A DNA stretch of 60,231 nucleotides from Verrucomicrobiota bacterium (GCA_046732035.1 JBKPMH010000050.1:1-60231); one strand, 5' to 3'; numbered from the stretch's first letter, positions 8,259-18,270 are shown. The notes: generated from the sequence alone by a model not told the origin. Numbers and translations: made by a program.

Positions 8259-9659
8259 ATGGCTGAAGGCCAAATAGCCCCACCGCCCTTGCCAAAATCG
8301 CAGCCATCGTTTGGCAAGCGCTACAGCACAATGATCAAGCTGCTCGGAGTGGGGGCGCTCGTTTTAGTACTTCTCATTCCGCTTGCCATGATCACCGGCG
8401 TGCTGAGGGAACGGTTGCAACGACGGAACGAAGCGGTCGCCGACATCACATCATCGTGGGGCGGCGAACAAAATGTGATCGGGCCGGTGCTTGGGATCCC
8501 TTATCAATACAAGTTCAAGGCGGTCAAAGATGTGGCCGCGCCGGATGGGAAAATGGAGCGACGTGAAGTTGAGGAGAACGGAACGGCGATCGCATATTTT
8601 CTGCCCGAAATACTTCACATCACCGGCGATGTGGATACCCAGATGTTGCATCGTGGCATCTACGATGCCGCAGTTTTTCGCGCTCAGGTGAAGTTGGCAG
8701 GCAAATTTGCGCCGCCCGATTTTGGGCCGCTAAAAATCGATCTAAAAGACGTGCAGTGGAAAGATGCATTTGTCACCATCGCGGTCAACGATCTACGAGG
8801 AACACGCGAAGCACTGATGCTCGACTGGGGCGGCAGCAAACACGCTTTGCTACCGGGTTCGCAAGTTCCCGGATACACGACCGGTGCGACGGCCTCGCTG
8901 GGTGGCGACCAACCGATTGCAACCGAAACGCAATTTTCCATTCCACTGGATTTCAATGGCAGCGAAGGAATGTACTTCGCACCTTTCGGTGTTCAGAACG
9001 AGGCGACCCTGAAATCGAATTGGCCTGATCCCGCTTTTCGCGGCGCGTTTTTGCCTGCGGACCGGTCGGTGCGTCCTGCGGGGTTCGATGCAAAATGGAA
9101 AGTGTCATATTACGGCCGGGATTATCCACAATCCTGGACGAGTCGGGCCGGCAATGAACGTTTCACTGTTCTTTCAGTCACGAACTCGCGATTCGGTGTG
9201 CAGCTCCTGTCGATTTTGGACGCGTATCGCTACGTCGAACGCTCAATTAAATATGGTGTGCTGTTCCTTGTGCTCGTTTTTACAACGTTTTTTCTCTTTG
9301 AAGTCACCGCGCGGCAGAAAATTCATCCATTCCAATATCTGATGGTCGGCGCGGCGCTTTGCCTGTTTTATCTGCTGCTCCTCTCGATCTCGGAATTTAT
9401 TGGCTTCAGTTGGGCTTATCTGATCGCGGCGATTGCATCAACAGCGTTGATTACATGGTATTGCCGGTTTTTCCTCGGAGGCGGTGCGCGCACCCTGATG
9501 ATTGGGGCGGGTCTGGCAGGTGTTTACACGTTTCTCTACATCACTTTGCGTCAACAGGATTACGCCTTGCTGATGGGTGCAATCGCACTCTTCATCGTAC
9601 TGGCGCTCGTGATGTATGTGACGCGCAAGGTCGATTGGTATGCGCGGGACGCAGGGTGA
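8259..9659 (+). CDS. creD: Cell envelope integrity inner-membrane protein CreD
   Basis: 466 aa. N-terminal TM helix, periplasmic domain with TLKSNWPDPAFRGAFLPA, and a C-terminal multi-TM block (HPFQYLMVGAALCLFYLLLLSISEFIGF) collinear with E. coli CreD. Confidence 0.8.
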   Translation: MAEGQIAPPPLPKSQPSFGKRYSTMIKLLGVGALVLVLLIPLAMITGVLRERLQRRNEAVADITSSWGGEQNVIGPVLGIPYQYKFKAVKDVAAPDGKMERREVEENGTAIAYFLPEILHITGDVDTQMLHRGIYDAAVFRAQVKLAGKFAPPDFGPLKIDLKDVQWKDAFVTIAVNDLRGTREALMLDWGGSKHALLPGSQVPGYTTGATASLGGDQPIATETQFSIPLDFNGSEGMYFAPFGVQNEATLKSNWPDPAFRGAFLPADRSVRPAGFDAKWKVSYYGRDYPQSWTSRAGNERFTVLSVTNSRFGVQLLSILDAYRYVERSIKYGVLFLVLVFTTFFLFEVTARQKIHPFQYLMVGAALCLFYLLLLSISEFIGFSWAYLIAAIASTALITWYCRFFLGGGARTLMIGAGLAGVYTFLYITLRQQDYALLMGAIALFIVLALVMYVTRKVDWYARDAG

Positions 9660-9686
9660 ACGTCGCGGTCAGACCGCGGCTGGAAT

Positions 9687-10868
9687 TCACTTGCCCTGGG
9701 CTTGGCGCAGCTGAGCTTTCGCCGCGTCCACGTCGCGTGCTGATTGCTGACAGAGCAGGATCGCGCGGAGCTTGTCTCCCTGATAATAGCGCGCGATGAA
9801 TTTTTTCTTCGCGTGGGTGCCCTGAAGGTCGACACGCGTCGGTAAGACGCTGAAGTCACCAACGAAATCCATGCGCAAATCGAACGTTTCCGTCCAAAAA
9901 TAGGGGACCTGCTCGTACCGAATGCGTTTCTTGCCGGTCATATTGGCCCCTGCCACCAAGCCCTGACTCCTCGCGTTGTCCCAGTGTGTCTGGCGTCGTA
10001 CGCCGCCCATTATCCGATCGGGATAAAATGCCAGGTCGCCTACAGCGTAAATTCCCTTTTCTTCTGTCTCGAGATATTCAGTAACCGGCGACCCGTGCGG
10101 TCCCGACAGAGGGGTGTTGCGTACAAGATCGAGATTTGGTTCCGCTCCGCACGCAACGACCGCGAGACCGACTGGGAACCGATTGCCGCTCTTCGTCTGG
10201 ATGTTGCGCAAAACTGTTTTGCCCTCGAAGCCATTGAGGCTTTCACCCATGGACAACGTCACCCCGTGTTTTTCGTAGTAGTCGGTGAGCCAGGCGCCAG
10301 TTTCGGAATCGACGTATCGGTCTAACAAATAGGAGTCCCGATGCATGAGACCCACTTTCAGCTTCATCATTCGCAGACTGGCTGCAGCCTCGCAGGCGAG
10401 TAATCCGCCGCCGACGACCATGATACCTTTCTCGAGGTTCGCCATTTCTTTCAGGGCGAACGTGTCGCGGATCGTTCGCAGGTAAATCACGTTACCGAGA
10501 TTTGTTCCGGCAACCATTGGACGCACCGGGCGACTGCCCATAGCCAGGCAGGCTTTGTTGAACTCGATACTTTCCCCATTTGCAAGCACAGCCAGGCGCC
10601 GATCGATATTGAATTGTGTCACAACGGTACCAAATCGCGTCTCGATCTTGTGCTTTTCGTACCAAGGCTCATTGGGCTCGAATAATTTCTTGGGCTGTGG
10701 ATCTTTTTCCCGCAAAAAATCCTTCGAAAGAATCCAGCGCTTGTAAGGCGGAAAAGCTTCGCCGCCGACCAGCGTCACGCTCCCGCGCTTGTCGTGACGA
10801 CGGACTCCTTCGCAGGCGCTGGCCCCGCCGATGCCGCCGCCGATGATGAGATAGTCTCGCTGAATCAT
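9687..10868 (-). CDS. NAD(P)/FAD-dependent pyridine nucleotide-disulfide oxidoreductase (ferredoxin-reductase/AIF-like)
   Basis: DYLIIGGGIGGASA (FAD GxGxxG) and VVGGGLLACEAAASL (NAD site). Start taken at MIQRDYLIIGGG (ATG 10868); the ORF is open to 10910. Confidence 0.8.
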   Translation of the reverse strand: MIQRDYLIIGGGIGGASACEGVRRHDKRGSVTLVGGEAFPPYKRWILSKDFLREKDPQPKKLFEPNEPWYEKHKIETRFGTVVTQFNIDRRLAVLANGESIEFNKACLAMGSRPVRPMVAGTNLGNVIYLRTIRDTFALKEMANLEKGIMVVGGGLLACEAAASLRMMKLKVGLMHRDSYLLDRYVDSETGAWLTDYYEKHGVTLSMGESLNGFEGKTVLRNIQTKSGNRFPVGLAVVACGAEPNLDLVRNTPLSGPHGSPVTEYLETEEKGIYAVGDLAFYPDRIMGGVRRQTHWDNARSQGLVAGANMTGKKRIRYEQVPYFWTETFDLRMDFVGDFSVLPTRVDLQGTHAKKKFIARYYQGDKLRAILLCQQSARDVDAAKAQLRQAQGK

Positions 10869-10995
10869 ACGAAAACAGGGAAGATAATTTCGGCTACGGT
10901 GCGCCGACAAGTTAAATCGTTAGGGCTGCGCGTTTTTGCGGATGTCGATATTGTTATTGCGCTATCGAACCCTGTTTCGACAGACTGTTCGTGCC

Positions 10996-11586
10996 ATGAA
11001 CGAATCTGTCACTCAAATCAAGGATACCACCGGAAATCCGGCGCCGCTAGGTCTATTGGGTTTTGGTATGACGACTGTTTTGTTAAACCTGCACAACGCT
11101 GGTTTCTACGAGTTAAACAGCATGATTTTGGCAATGGGAATCTGCTATGGCGGTGCTGCCCAGATTGTTGCAGGTATTATGGAATGGAGAAAAGGTAACA
11201 CATTCGCCACCACCGCGTTCCTTTCCTATGGCCTGTTTTGGTTCTCGCTCGTAACACTGATTATTTTGGCAAAGCTGGGATGGGTTGCGCCATCAGACGA
11301 TACAGCTATGGCCGCTTACCTCGCCATGTGGGGCTTATTCACGGCGGTCATGTTTATCGGCACGTTGCGATTGCACGTCGCAGGGCAGGTCGTTTTCGGT
11401 TCGTTGACAATTCTTTTCTTTCTTCTCGCAATTGGCTACTTCACGAATGCCAGCCCCGGGTTCAAACACTTCACGGGATATGAGGGAATCTTTTGTGGCT
11501 TCTCCGCGATTTACGCCGCCCTGGCACAGGTGCTGAACGAAATTTTCGGCAGAACCGTTTTGCCGCTCGGCACTGTGATGAAATGA
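10996..11586 (+). CDS. satP: GPR1/FUN34/YaaH family acetate/succinate channel
   Basis: [23 protein letters not shown] signature followed by six TM segments. Start taken at [10 protein letters not shown] (ATG 10996). Confidence 0.82.
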   Translation: MNESVTQIKDTTGNPAPLGLLGFGMTTVLLNLHNAGFYELNSMILAMGICYGGAAQIVAGIMEWRKGNTFATTAFLSYGLFWFSLVTLIILAKLGWVAPSDDTAMAAYLAMWGLFTAVMFIGTLRLHVAGQVVFGSLTILFFLLAIGYFTNASPGFKHFTGYEGIFCGFSAIYAALAQVLNEIFGRTVLPLGTVMK

Positions 11587-11616
11587 TCGGACTCCGAGGT
11601 CTTTCGAGCGGTATAA

Positions 11617-13281
11617 TTATTTCTCCTTCAACAAACTCGCAGCGAGTTTGAGGGCCGACTCGCTCTTCCCACCGAGCATCCGCGCGATCTCTTCCTGGCG
11701 GCCCTTCCCGGTCACTTCGCGCAGATTGGAAAACGTCCGGCCGCCCGAAACTTCTTTTGTTACCACAAAATGCGAAGATGCAGTCGCGGCGACTTGCGGC
11801 AGGTGCGTGATACAGATCAGCTGATGATCGCGTCCCAAGGCTTGCATTTTCACTCCAACCGCATGCGCGATTTCTCCTCCGACATTGGTATCAATCTCGT
11901 CGAACACGAGCAGGGGAATCTCATCGTGCGCAGCCAAGGCCGATTTGATCGCCAGCATCAAGCGAGAGATTTCCCCGCTAGACGCGATGGCTCGAAGCGC
12001 TTTGAGCGGTTCGCCTGGATTCGCCGAAAAAAGCAATTCCACGGCGTCGAATCCGCTGGAACGGGCATCCCCCTGTGCGCTCAGTTTCGCTTCAAATTCC
12101 GATTGGCGAAATCCGAGATCCCGCAGGTTACGCCGAATATTTTCGGAAAGTCTCGGAGCCGCTTTCAGTCTGAGTTTCCGGAGCGCCTCGCCGGCACGGT
12201 TCATTTGCGCACGAATGCTCTCGATCTCTTTTGCGAGTCGCTCCAGTTCAGCGTCGCGTCCCTCGATTTTCTGCATCCGTTCCGCCGCGCGCTCACCGAA
12301 CGCGATGACCTCGGCGATTGAACCGCCATATTTTCGCTTCAGAGTTTCAAACAGTGAAACCCGCTGCTCCAGCGTTGCGAGTTGTTGCGGGTCCAGATCA
12401 AGTTTCTCTGCATACGTGGAAAGAGCGCGCGCGATCTCCGAAAGCTCGACCACACTGGCAGCATGCGCGGATGAAAATTGAGCAATCGAATTATCGATCT
12501 TCTCCAAGTCCCGGAGCAGACGCTGCGTTTCAGCCAGCTGAGAGAGGATGGAATCGTCTGCCTCCGAAAGTCTGCTGGCAATGGTGCTGGCCAGTTCGAT
12601 CAGCCGCTTACTGCTGCTTGCAAGCTTGTATCGCTTTTCGATTTCTTCTTCTTCGCCGGCGACGAGATTCGCCGACGTGATCTCCGAAATCTGGTGATGA
12701 AGAAGTTCCAGCTCTTGTTCGCGCGCCGTTTCCGCTGTGTCGAGAGCGGTGTGATTTGCGAGCAATGTCTGGAGTTGGCGGTAATTTTTTTGATATTCAG
12801 CTAGCTGTTCTTCACTCCTGGCGAACGAATCAAGCAAACTCAATTGCGTCTCAGGCGACAGCAAAGACTGGTGATCGTGCGGCCCGTGGAGATCGACAAG
12901 TTCGTCGCCGAGATTTTTCAGGATCGACAGTGTGGTTGGTGAACCATTGATAAACTGGCGTGTGCCGCCGGTCGCCGAGAAACTGCGTTTAATGATGAGG
13001 TCCTCCTCACTTGGTTCGATTCCAGCCTCGATTAGCTTCGGATTTAACCTTTCCAGATCCTTTCCGGTAAAAACTGCTTCTACGGTGCAGAGATCAGCTC
13101 CGGTCCGAATGACCGATTTATCAGCCCGCTCACCCAGTACAAGTTGCAGGGCACCGATGATGATCGACTTGCCCGTGCCGGTTTCACCGGTTACGGCGAT
13201 AAAACCGGGCTCCAACTGCCATTCGAGCTCTTCTACAAGAGCAAGATTCTTAATTCGCAATAGACTCAGAACGGCAGGCAT
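11617..13281 (-). CDS. recN: DNA repair protein RecN
   Basis: 554 aa. LRIKNLALVEELEW, Walker A GETGTGKS, long coiled coil, C-terminal LLVFDEIDTNVGG. Confidence 0.92.
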   Translation of the reverse strand: MPAVLSLLRIKNLALVEELEWQLEPGFIAVTGETGTGKSIIIGALQLVLGERADKSVIRTGADLCTVEAVFTGKDLERLNPKLIEAGIEPSEEDLIIKRSFSATGGTRQFINGSPTTLSILKNLGDELVDLHGPHDHQSLLSPETQLSLLDSFARSEEQLAEYQKNYRQLQTLLANHTALDTAETAREQELELLHHQISEITSANLVAGEEEEIEKRYKLASSSKRLIELASTIASRLSEADDSILSQLAETQRLLRDLEKIDNSIAQFSSAHAASVVELSEIARALSTYAEKLDLDPQQLATLEQRVSLFETLKRKYGGSIAEVIAFGERAAERMQKIEGRDAELERLAKEIESIRAQMNRAGEALRKLRLKAAPRLSENIRRNLRDLGFRQSEFEAKLSAQGDARSSGFDAVELLFSANPGEPLKALRAIASSGEISRLMLAIKSALAAHDEIPLLVFDEIDTNVGGEIAHAVGVKMQALGRDHQLICITHLPQVAATASSHFVVTKEVSGGRTFSNLREVTGKGRQEEIARMLGGKSESALKLAASLLKEK

Positions 13282-13324
13282 CGAGAAAAGTTAGTGTTGA
13301 CGTTTGGGGAGTTCGAACTGCTGA

Positions 13325-13367
13325 AGATTTCAAACCTTCAACAATCAACTTTCAACTCTTGAAATCT
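13325..13367. repeat. AT-rich inverted repeat AGATTTCAA...TTGAAATCT between lpxA and recN
   Basis: A 9-bp perfect inverted repeat (13325-13333 / 13359-13367) around a TTCAAC-rich loop. It uses the same word family as the 18192-18270 element. Confidence 0.35.
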
Positions 13368-13454
13368 GCTGGAATGACACAGCATATGGGTACAGCAGGC
13401 ACGTCGACTTAGCTGAGACGCGATCCCTTGCCCAAAACCTCCGGTAGCCGAGCC

Positions 13455-14234
13455 TTATCTGATAATTCCGCGCTCGCTTCGTTCGATGAACTTGATGATT
13501 TCGGTGATTTCTTCCGCTTGAGGTAACTCTTTCTGCATGGCTTCGATTGCCTGACGCGTATTGTATTTTGAGCGATAAATGAGGCGAAACGCTTCCTTGA
13601 TCAGTTTGATCGTTTCAGGTGGATAGTTTTTGCGCTCCAAGCCGATCAGATTTACTCCGCGAATTTCAGCCGGGTTACCATCAGCGATCATGAATGGCGG
13701 AACATCTTGGACAATTTTTGAACAGCCGCCCGTGATTGCGAATCGGCCAATCCGGCAAAATTGATGCACGGCTGTGAGGCCACCCATGACTGCATAGTCT
13801 CCGACCTGGACGTGGCCGCCCAACGTGCCGTTGTTCGAGAAAATGACATGATCTCCCACAATGCAGTCATGCCCGATGTGGCTGTACGCGAGAAAATTTC
13901 CGCGATTCCCGATCCGCGTTTTACCTTCGCCTGTCGTGCTGCGGTGCGCCGTGACGAACTCTCGAAACGTGTTTTCGTCGCCAATTTCCAAATAAGTCGG
14001 TTCGCCGCGATATTTTAAATCCTGTGTTTGTTGGCCGATGGAACAATACGCGTAGAATCTGTTCCTCTCGCCGGCTTTCATTGGCCCGCAAAGCGTAACA
14101 TGATGTTGGAGCCAGCAGTCTCGGCCGAGCACAACATCAGGTCCGATGATGGAATACGGTCCCACGATTGTTCCTCCGCCGAGGTTGGAGGCTGGATCAA
14201 CGATCGCCGTAGGATGGATCTGCACGTCGCTCAT
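13455..14234 (-). CDS. lpxA: Acyl-ACP--UDP-N-acetylglucosamine O-acyltransferase
   Basis: 259 aa. Hexapeptide-repeat left-handed beta-helix (IHPTAIVDP...IGP...), with the C-terminal helical domain typical of LpxA. Confidence 0.92.
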   Translation of the reverse strand: MSDVQIHPTAIVDPASNLGGGTIVGPYSIIGPDVVLGRDCWLQHHVTLCGPMKAGERNRFYAYCSIGQQTQDLKYRGEPTYLEIGDENTFREFVTAHRSTTGEGKTRIGNRGNFLAYSHIGHDCIVGDHVIFSNNGTLGGHVQVGDYAVMGGLTAVHQFCRIGRFAITGGCSKIVQDVPPFMIADGNPAEIRGVNLIGLERKNYPPETIKLIKEAFRLIYRSKYNTRQAIEAMQKELPQAEEITEIIKFIERSERGIIR

Positions 14235-14245
14235 CGTGCCAACTC

Positions 14246-14377
14246 CTCACCTCAATCCTCTCCCCTTCGCCAAGGGGAGAGGCGGAAAAGGTTCCGCTGC
14301 TTTAAAAAAGTTCGCGCACGTCGTGTAGTCGGGCCGCCTCGCCCTTGGGAAGGGAGAAGGGGAGGGTGAGGATTTGC
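14246..14377. repeat. Pair of inverted GC-rich REP-like palindromic elements
   Basis: CCTCTCCCCTT-cgcc-AAGGGGAGAGG is a perfect 11-bp hairpin at 14258-14283. A second related copy in opposite orientation lies at about 14338-14375 (..CCCTTGGGAAGGGAGAAGGGGAGGGTGAGGAT). Both begin ATCCTC.. and end ..AGGCGG when read on their own strand. Confidence 0.5.
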
Positions 14378-14382
14378 TCCGC

Positions 14383-15702
14383 TCATTTATCGAGAAACGT
14401 GAACATGAGTTCGGCTTCCGAAACGATCGCGTCATTCACAACGCAATGGCATTTCGCTTTTGCCAGTCTTTCCCCTCGCGACTTTGTCAGTTCGGCATGG
14501 ACAAAGATCGTGTCCCCGGGCAACACCGGTTTCCGAAATTTTACAGCGTCTGCGCTCATAAAATATCCAATACGGCTCGTAGTCTTCGCCAGCTTGAACA
14601 GCAGGATACTGGCTACCTGGGCCATGGCTTCGATTTGCAGAACGCCCGGCATCACCGGATGACCGGGAAAATGTCCTTGGAAGAATGGCTCGTTAATCGT
14701 GACCGTCTTGACGCCGACGCATTTGGTTTCCGTTTCGAAACTGATAATGCGGTCCACCATTAAAAAGGGGAACCGATGCGGCAGAATTTCCATTATTTGA
14801 TCAGGATCGAGGCCGCCGTCGCCGCTTGGAATTGTGCGCGGCGCAGCCAACGCGCTTCTGCGTGTCTGTTCTCGCACAATCGATCGAGCCAGGTCCGCGT
14901 TAGTAGCGTGACCAGGTTTCACGGCGACAACGTGTCCCCGGATGCGGCGGCCAATCAGCGCGAGATCGCCGATAATGTCGAGGATTTTGTGCCGCACGAA
15001 TTCGTCGGTAAAACGCAACGGTTCCTTACTGAGGACTGCATCTCCGCGCACCACAATTGCGTTTTCGAGGCTGCCGCCCTTGATCAGGTTTTTGTCCATG
15101 AGCGGCTTAACATCTTCGTAATAGACGAAGGTTCGCGCTGGCGCGATCTCGCGTTCGAAGTAGGCCGGCGTCACTTCCGTTGATAAAAATTGGGTGAACC
15201 GGTTATTAGGTCCGGCCTGGGTACATGAGATGCGAAATTTGTTGTCCGGCAGCAAAACGATCAGGGCGCCCGTTTTCGTTTCAACGTGCATTGGCTCGCG
15301 CACGTCGAAAAATTTTCGTGGCTCGTCCTGCGCGGTAACGCCGGCTTTCTTGATAAGATCGACATAGGGCTGCGCGCTTCCGTCGCCGATCGGTGGCTCG
15401 TTTGCGTCCATTTCCACGATGGCGTTGTCAACACCCATTGCTGACAGCGCGGACAGAATATGCTCCACTGTGTGCACGCGTACCGAGCCTTCGCCGATTG
15501 TTGTAGCGCGCTCGACTGTTTTGAGGTTCTGGATGTTTGCATCGATCGTCGGCTCATCCTGCAAATCTTTTCGTTTGAATTTGATTCCATGATCGACCGG
15601 CGCGGGCTGCAATTTCAGCGTGACTTTGTCACCCGTGTGCAGTGCGGTGCCGCTAAGGCTGGCGGTCCTGGCAACTGTGTGTTGAAACTCGAGAGCGGGC
15701 AT
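14383..15702 (-). CDS. Bifunctional UDP-3-O-acyl-GlcNAc deacetylase / 3-hydroxyacyl-ACP dehydratase (LpxC-FabZ fusion)
   Basis: 439 aa. N-terminal LpxC (HTVEHILSAL, GHATN) and C-terminal FabZ hot-dog (FFQGHFPGHPVMPGVLQIEAMAQ). Confidence 0.9.
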   Translation of the reverse strand: MPALEFQHTVARTASLSGTALHTGDKVTLKLQPAPVDHGIKFKRKDLQDEPTIDANIQNLKTVERATTIGEGSVRVHTVEHILSALSAMGVDNAIVEMDANEPPIGDGSAQPYVDLIKKAGVTAQDEPRKFFDVREPMHVETKTGALIVLLPDNKFRISCTQAGPNNRFTQFLSTEVTPAYFEREIAPARTFVYYEDVKPLMDKNLIKGGSLENAIVVRGDAVLSKEPLRFTDEFVRHKILDIIGDLALIGRRIRGHVVAVKPGHATNADLARSIVREQTRRSALAAPRTIPSGDGGLDPDQIMEILPHRFPFLMVDRIISFETETKCVGVKTVTINEPFFQGHFPGHPVMPGVLQIEAMAQVASILLFKLAKTTSRIGYFMSADAVKFRKPVLPGDTIFVHAELTKSRGERLAKAKCHCVVNDAIVSEAELMFTFLDK

Positions 15703-15773
15703 CGGCGTTTAACTAGCAGAGATTCTGTCTAATGGCCAGAATCGTAGCGGTGCTAACAGACGGCCAAAACAGC

Positions 15774-16526
15774 TCATTTCAATTCAAATTCGCCACAGTC
15801 GAAGGCCATCATTTGATCCACATTCGAAATGCGAAATTCCTGAGAAGCCGTACCGTCGGTCTGCCAAATTTCGAGCGATTTATCTCCATCTTTCATAATC
15901 CACGCGCGAATCAAATTTGATGATTCATTCACGGTGAACAACGGCAGATTGTCCTTTGTTTTCAGATAACTCCCGCGGCTGTCCACACCCGCGGCCAGCT
16001 CGACAGTCGCCGGTTTGTCGTTGGCTAGCGGATTTGGCGCGAGCTTAACTCGGACTGTTGTATTCGAATTGTTTTCAACAGGCGACGCTGCGGTTTGACT
16101 CAAGGGTTCCACTTCAATCGGACCAACCAAATACCCACGCGCGTGATACCTGGCGGCGGGTAAATCCTCGCCACGATCATTTTTTCCGTCCCATTGCGTT
16201 ACCAGTGCGTCGGCGCCCATCTTGAACTCGTTTAGATCTGATTGCCGATGTAAAACGCGCACCAGCTTGCCCGTCGAATCATAGATTCCGAGGCTGATCC
16301 TGCCTTCCAGCGGCGGCGGAACGAAACTAATGCGGACGCTCCTCGCGGGTGATGTGGAAGGCATCTGCGCTGGCGTAGGGGGCGGCGTGACAGATTCGGC
16401 TGGTGAGATTGAGAACGCCGGGAATTCCTCAGGCGTCGGCGACGCAGTTGGCGTTGGCGATTCCTGGCCGAAAACAGCAGAGGCGAAGAACGCCATCAGA
16501 CTCGCGATCTTAACTTTTGCTGTCAT
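15774..16526 (-). CDS. Secreted hypothetical protein with Pro/Thr-rich linker and FlgD-Ig-like segment
   Basis: 250 aa. Signal peptide MTAKVKIASLMAFFASAVFGQ, a PTPTASPTP linker, and ISLGIYDSTGKLVRVL...WDGKNDRGEDLPAARY, which resembles FlgD-type Ig-like domains. Confidence 0.6.
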   Translation of the reverse strand: MTAKVKIASLMAFFASAVFGQESPTPTASPTPEEFPAFSISPAESVTPPPTPAQMPSTSPARSVRISFVPPPLEGRISLGIYDSTGKLVRVLHRQSDLNEFKMGADALVTQWDGKNDRGEDLPAARYHARGYLVGPIEVEPLSQTAASPVENNSNTTVRVKLAPNPLANDKPATVELAAGVDSRGSYLKTKDNLPLFTVNESSNLIRAWIMKDGDKSLEIWQTDGTASQEFRISNVDQMMAFDCGEFELK

Positions 16527-16594
16527 GTCGAGCGGCGCTGGGGCATCTCTAAGTTGATGAATAGAATACTAGAACAGGCAGAGATTGCTCGACT

Positions 16595-18193
16595 TCAACG
16601 GGAATGACAAGTGGCCGGGATGTAGTAACGCCAATTGACGTTTGGAAAGAGATTATCGCGCAACTCGCACTCGCGCAGAAATTTTCTATCCACATTATTA
16701 GTGACCATCTGATCGTGTAAACGATTGAATCGGGAAAGATGATCGATCGTGCGATTGGTCGCGTACTCGCGAGCTGTCCCGCTGTTTATCAGGAATGCCC
16801 AATCGCTAGATTGAGCCAGTAACAGTTCACGGGCAAGTTGTCTGAGCGCACGATCGGTCAGCTGGTCGCAGTTTTCCGCATGTTTAAGTGCAACTTCACT
16901 CATCTGCTGTGCCGCTACCTGCAGTTGTGGATAAATCCACGCGTTGCTGCGGTTCAGCCATACTTCAAAGTAGCCGTTCTCGCCCCACGTGGACGCTGCG
17001 GGCTCGATAACTTGCTGCGTTGGATTTGTGGACAGGTATTCGCTCGGTGTCGAGAGATGAAAGTCTGGTTCTTTTGCGGCTTCGCGAATGATGAATTCAA
17101 CAAAACGCGGGCCTTCGAACCACCAGTGTCCGAATAATTCGGCATCGAAGGGAGCTACGAGGATCGGATCAAATCCTGCGGTGCTGACTTCAACGATCTG
17201 GCGCCGGCGCTCCTCGAGAAAATGAACGGCTTGCCTTTCGGCGATTTTTTCGGCGACACCGGGATCGTAGAATTCCTTCTCATCATCGACTCCGGTGATG
17301 CGATGATATTTTATGCCGGAAAATTTTCTCGTGCGATGACCAGCCGGGCCCAGGTGTTCCAACGGAAGGTCAAATCCGGCGTCGCGGTAGAATTCACGAT
17401 ATGCGGTGTGCCCAGGATAACCGCCCTGTGCACTCCAAACCACCCTGCTTGTGTCACTGTCGCGCGCGAAAGCTGCGGGGCCGGCCGGTGTATAGCAAGG
17501 CGTGTAGATCGAGCGGCGCGGTCGCGGTGTTCCGAACAGTAAGCCGTGCGCGTCGAGAACGAACCAGCGAACATTCGCCTCTTTCAAAATGGATTCGAGT
17601 CCCGGTTCGTAAGCACATTCGGGTAACCAAAAACCGGTAGGATCGATACCGAAAACATCTCTATAGATGTCGCGGCCTATCAAAATCTGAGCCCGAGCTG
17701 CTTCGGGCGATCCACCTGCCTTAGAATGAAGCAGAGGAAGTAAGCCATGCGTAGCTGCCGAACCGATGATCTCCAGCTGTCCGCCGTCCCTCAGTTCGCT
17801 AAAAGCGTCGAGCAAATCCGATCTATATTCTTCGACAAAGAAGTGCCGGGTGTCGCGAAAGATTTTGAAATAAAAATCCGCGAGTGCGCGAAGCTGCGGA
17901 TGATTGCGGTTCCGTTTTCGTTCGCGTGCAGCGAGATCGATTACCAGATCGAGATGCCGCACGTAGCGTTCGCAAAGCAGCTTGTCCTGAAGCATCGCGC
18001 AGAGCGTTGGGGTGATCGACATCGTCACCTTGAACACAACACGTTCATCGACCAGCCGTTGCATCATGCGCAGCAATGGGATGTAACTCTCCGTCAACGC
18101 TTCGAAGAACCAGTCTTCCTCGAGGAAATGCTCATGTTCCGGGTGACGAACAAATGGAAGGTGCGCGTGTAGAATGAGTGCCAGTTGCCCCAT
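16595..18193 (-). CDS. Glycoside hydrolase family 57 (1,4-alpha-glucan branching enzyme type)
   Basis: 532 aa. LALILHAHLPFVRHPEHEHFLEEDWFFEALTESYIPLL and WLPECAY...DAELFGHWWFEG are typical of GH57 branching enzymes. Confidence 0.88.
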   Translation of the reverse strand: MGQLALILHAHLPFVRHPEHEHFLEEDWFFEALTESYIPLLRMMQRLVDERVVFKVTMSITPTLCAMLQDKLLCERYVRHLDLVIDLAARERKRNRNHPQLRALADFYFKIFRDTRHFFVEEYRSDLLDAFSELRDGGQLEIIGSAATHGLLPLLHSKAGGSPEAARAQILIGRDIYRDVFGIDPTGFWLPECAYEPGLESILKEANVRWFVLDAHGLLFGTPRPRRSIYTPCYTPAGPAAFARDSDTSRVVWSAQGGYPGHTAYREFYRDAGFDLPLEHLGPAGHRTRKFSGIKYHRITGVDDEKEFYDPGVAEKIAERQAVHFLEERRRQIVEVSTAGFDPILVAPFDAELFGHWWFEGPRFVEFIIREAAKEPDFHLSTPSEYLSTNPTQQVIEPAASTWGENGYFEVWLNRSNAWIYPQLQVAAQQMSEVALKHAENCDQLTDRALRQLARELLLAQSSDWAFLINSGTAREYATNRTIDHLSRFNRLHDQMVTNNVDRKFLRECELRDNLFPNVNWRYYIPATCHSR

Positions 18194-18270
18194 TGCAGAT
18201 TTCAGATTTCAAATTGCAGATTATCGACAAGCATGCCGAAATTTGAAATCGGCACTTTGCAATCTGCAAT
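18192..18270. repeat. Long imperfect palindrome filling the whole aminotransferase-GH57 intergenic space
   Basis: GATTTCAAATT (18205-18215) pairs perfectly with AATTTGAAATC (18240-18250). Outer ATTGCAGAT (18192-18200, repeated at 18213-18221) pairs with ATCTGCAAT (18262-18270). The element spans from the upstream stop codon to the GH57 ATG. Confidence 0.55.

Noticed and set aside
7368-9659. Possible genomic island integrated at tRNA-Phe (methyltransferase + creD)
   Set aside because: No integrase, recombinase or mobility gene is present. I could find no direct repeat of the tRNA 3' end downstream. creD and the methyltransferase look like ordinary chromosomal genes.
11885-12481. 198-aa ORF on the + strand inside recN
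   Set aside because: It is antisense to the recN coiled-coil region. It is extremely Ser/Ala/Arg-rich, a compositional artefact.
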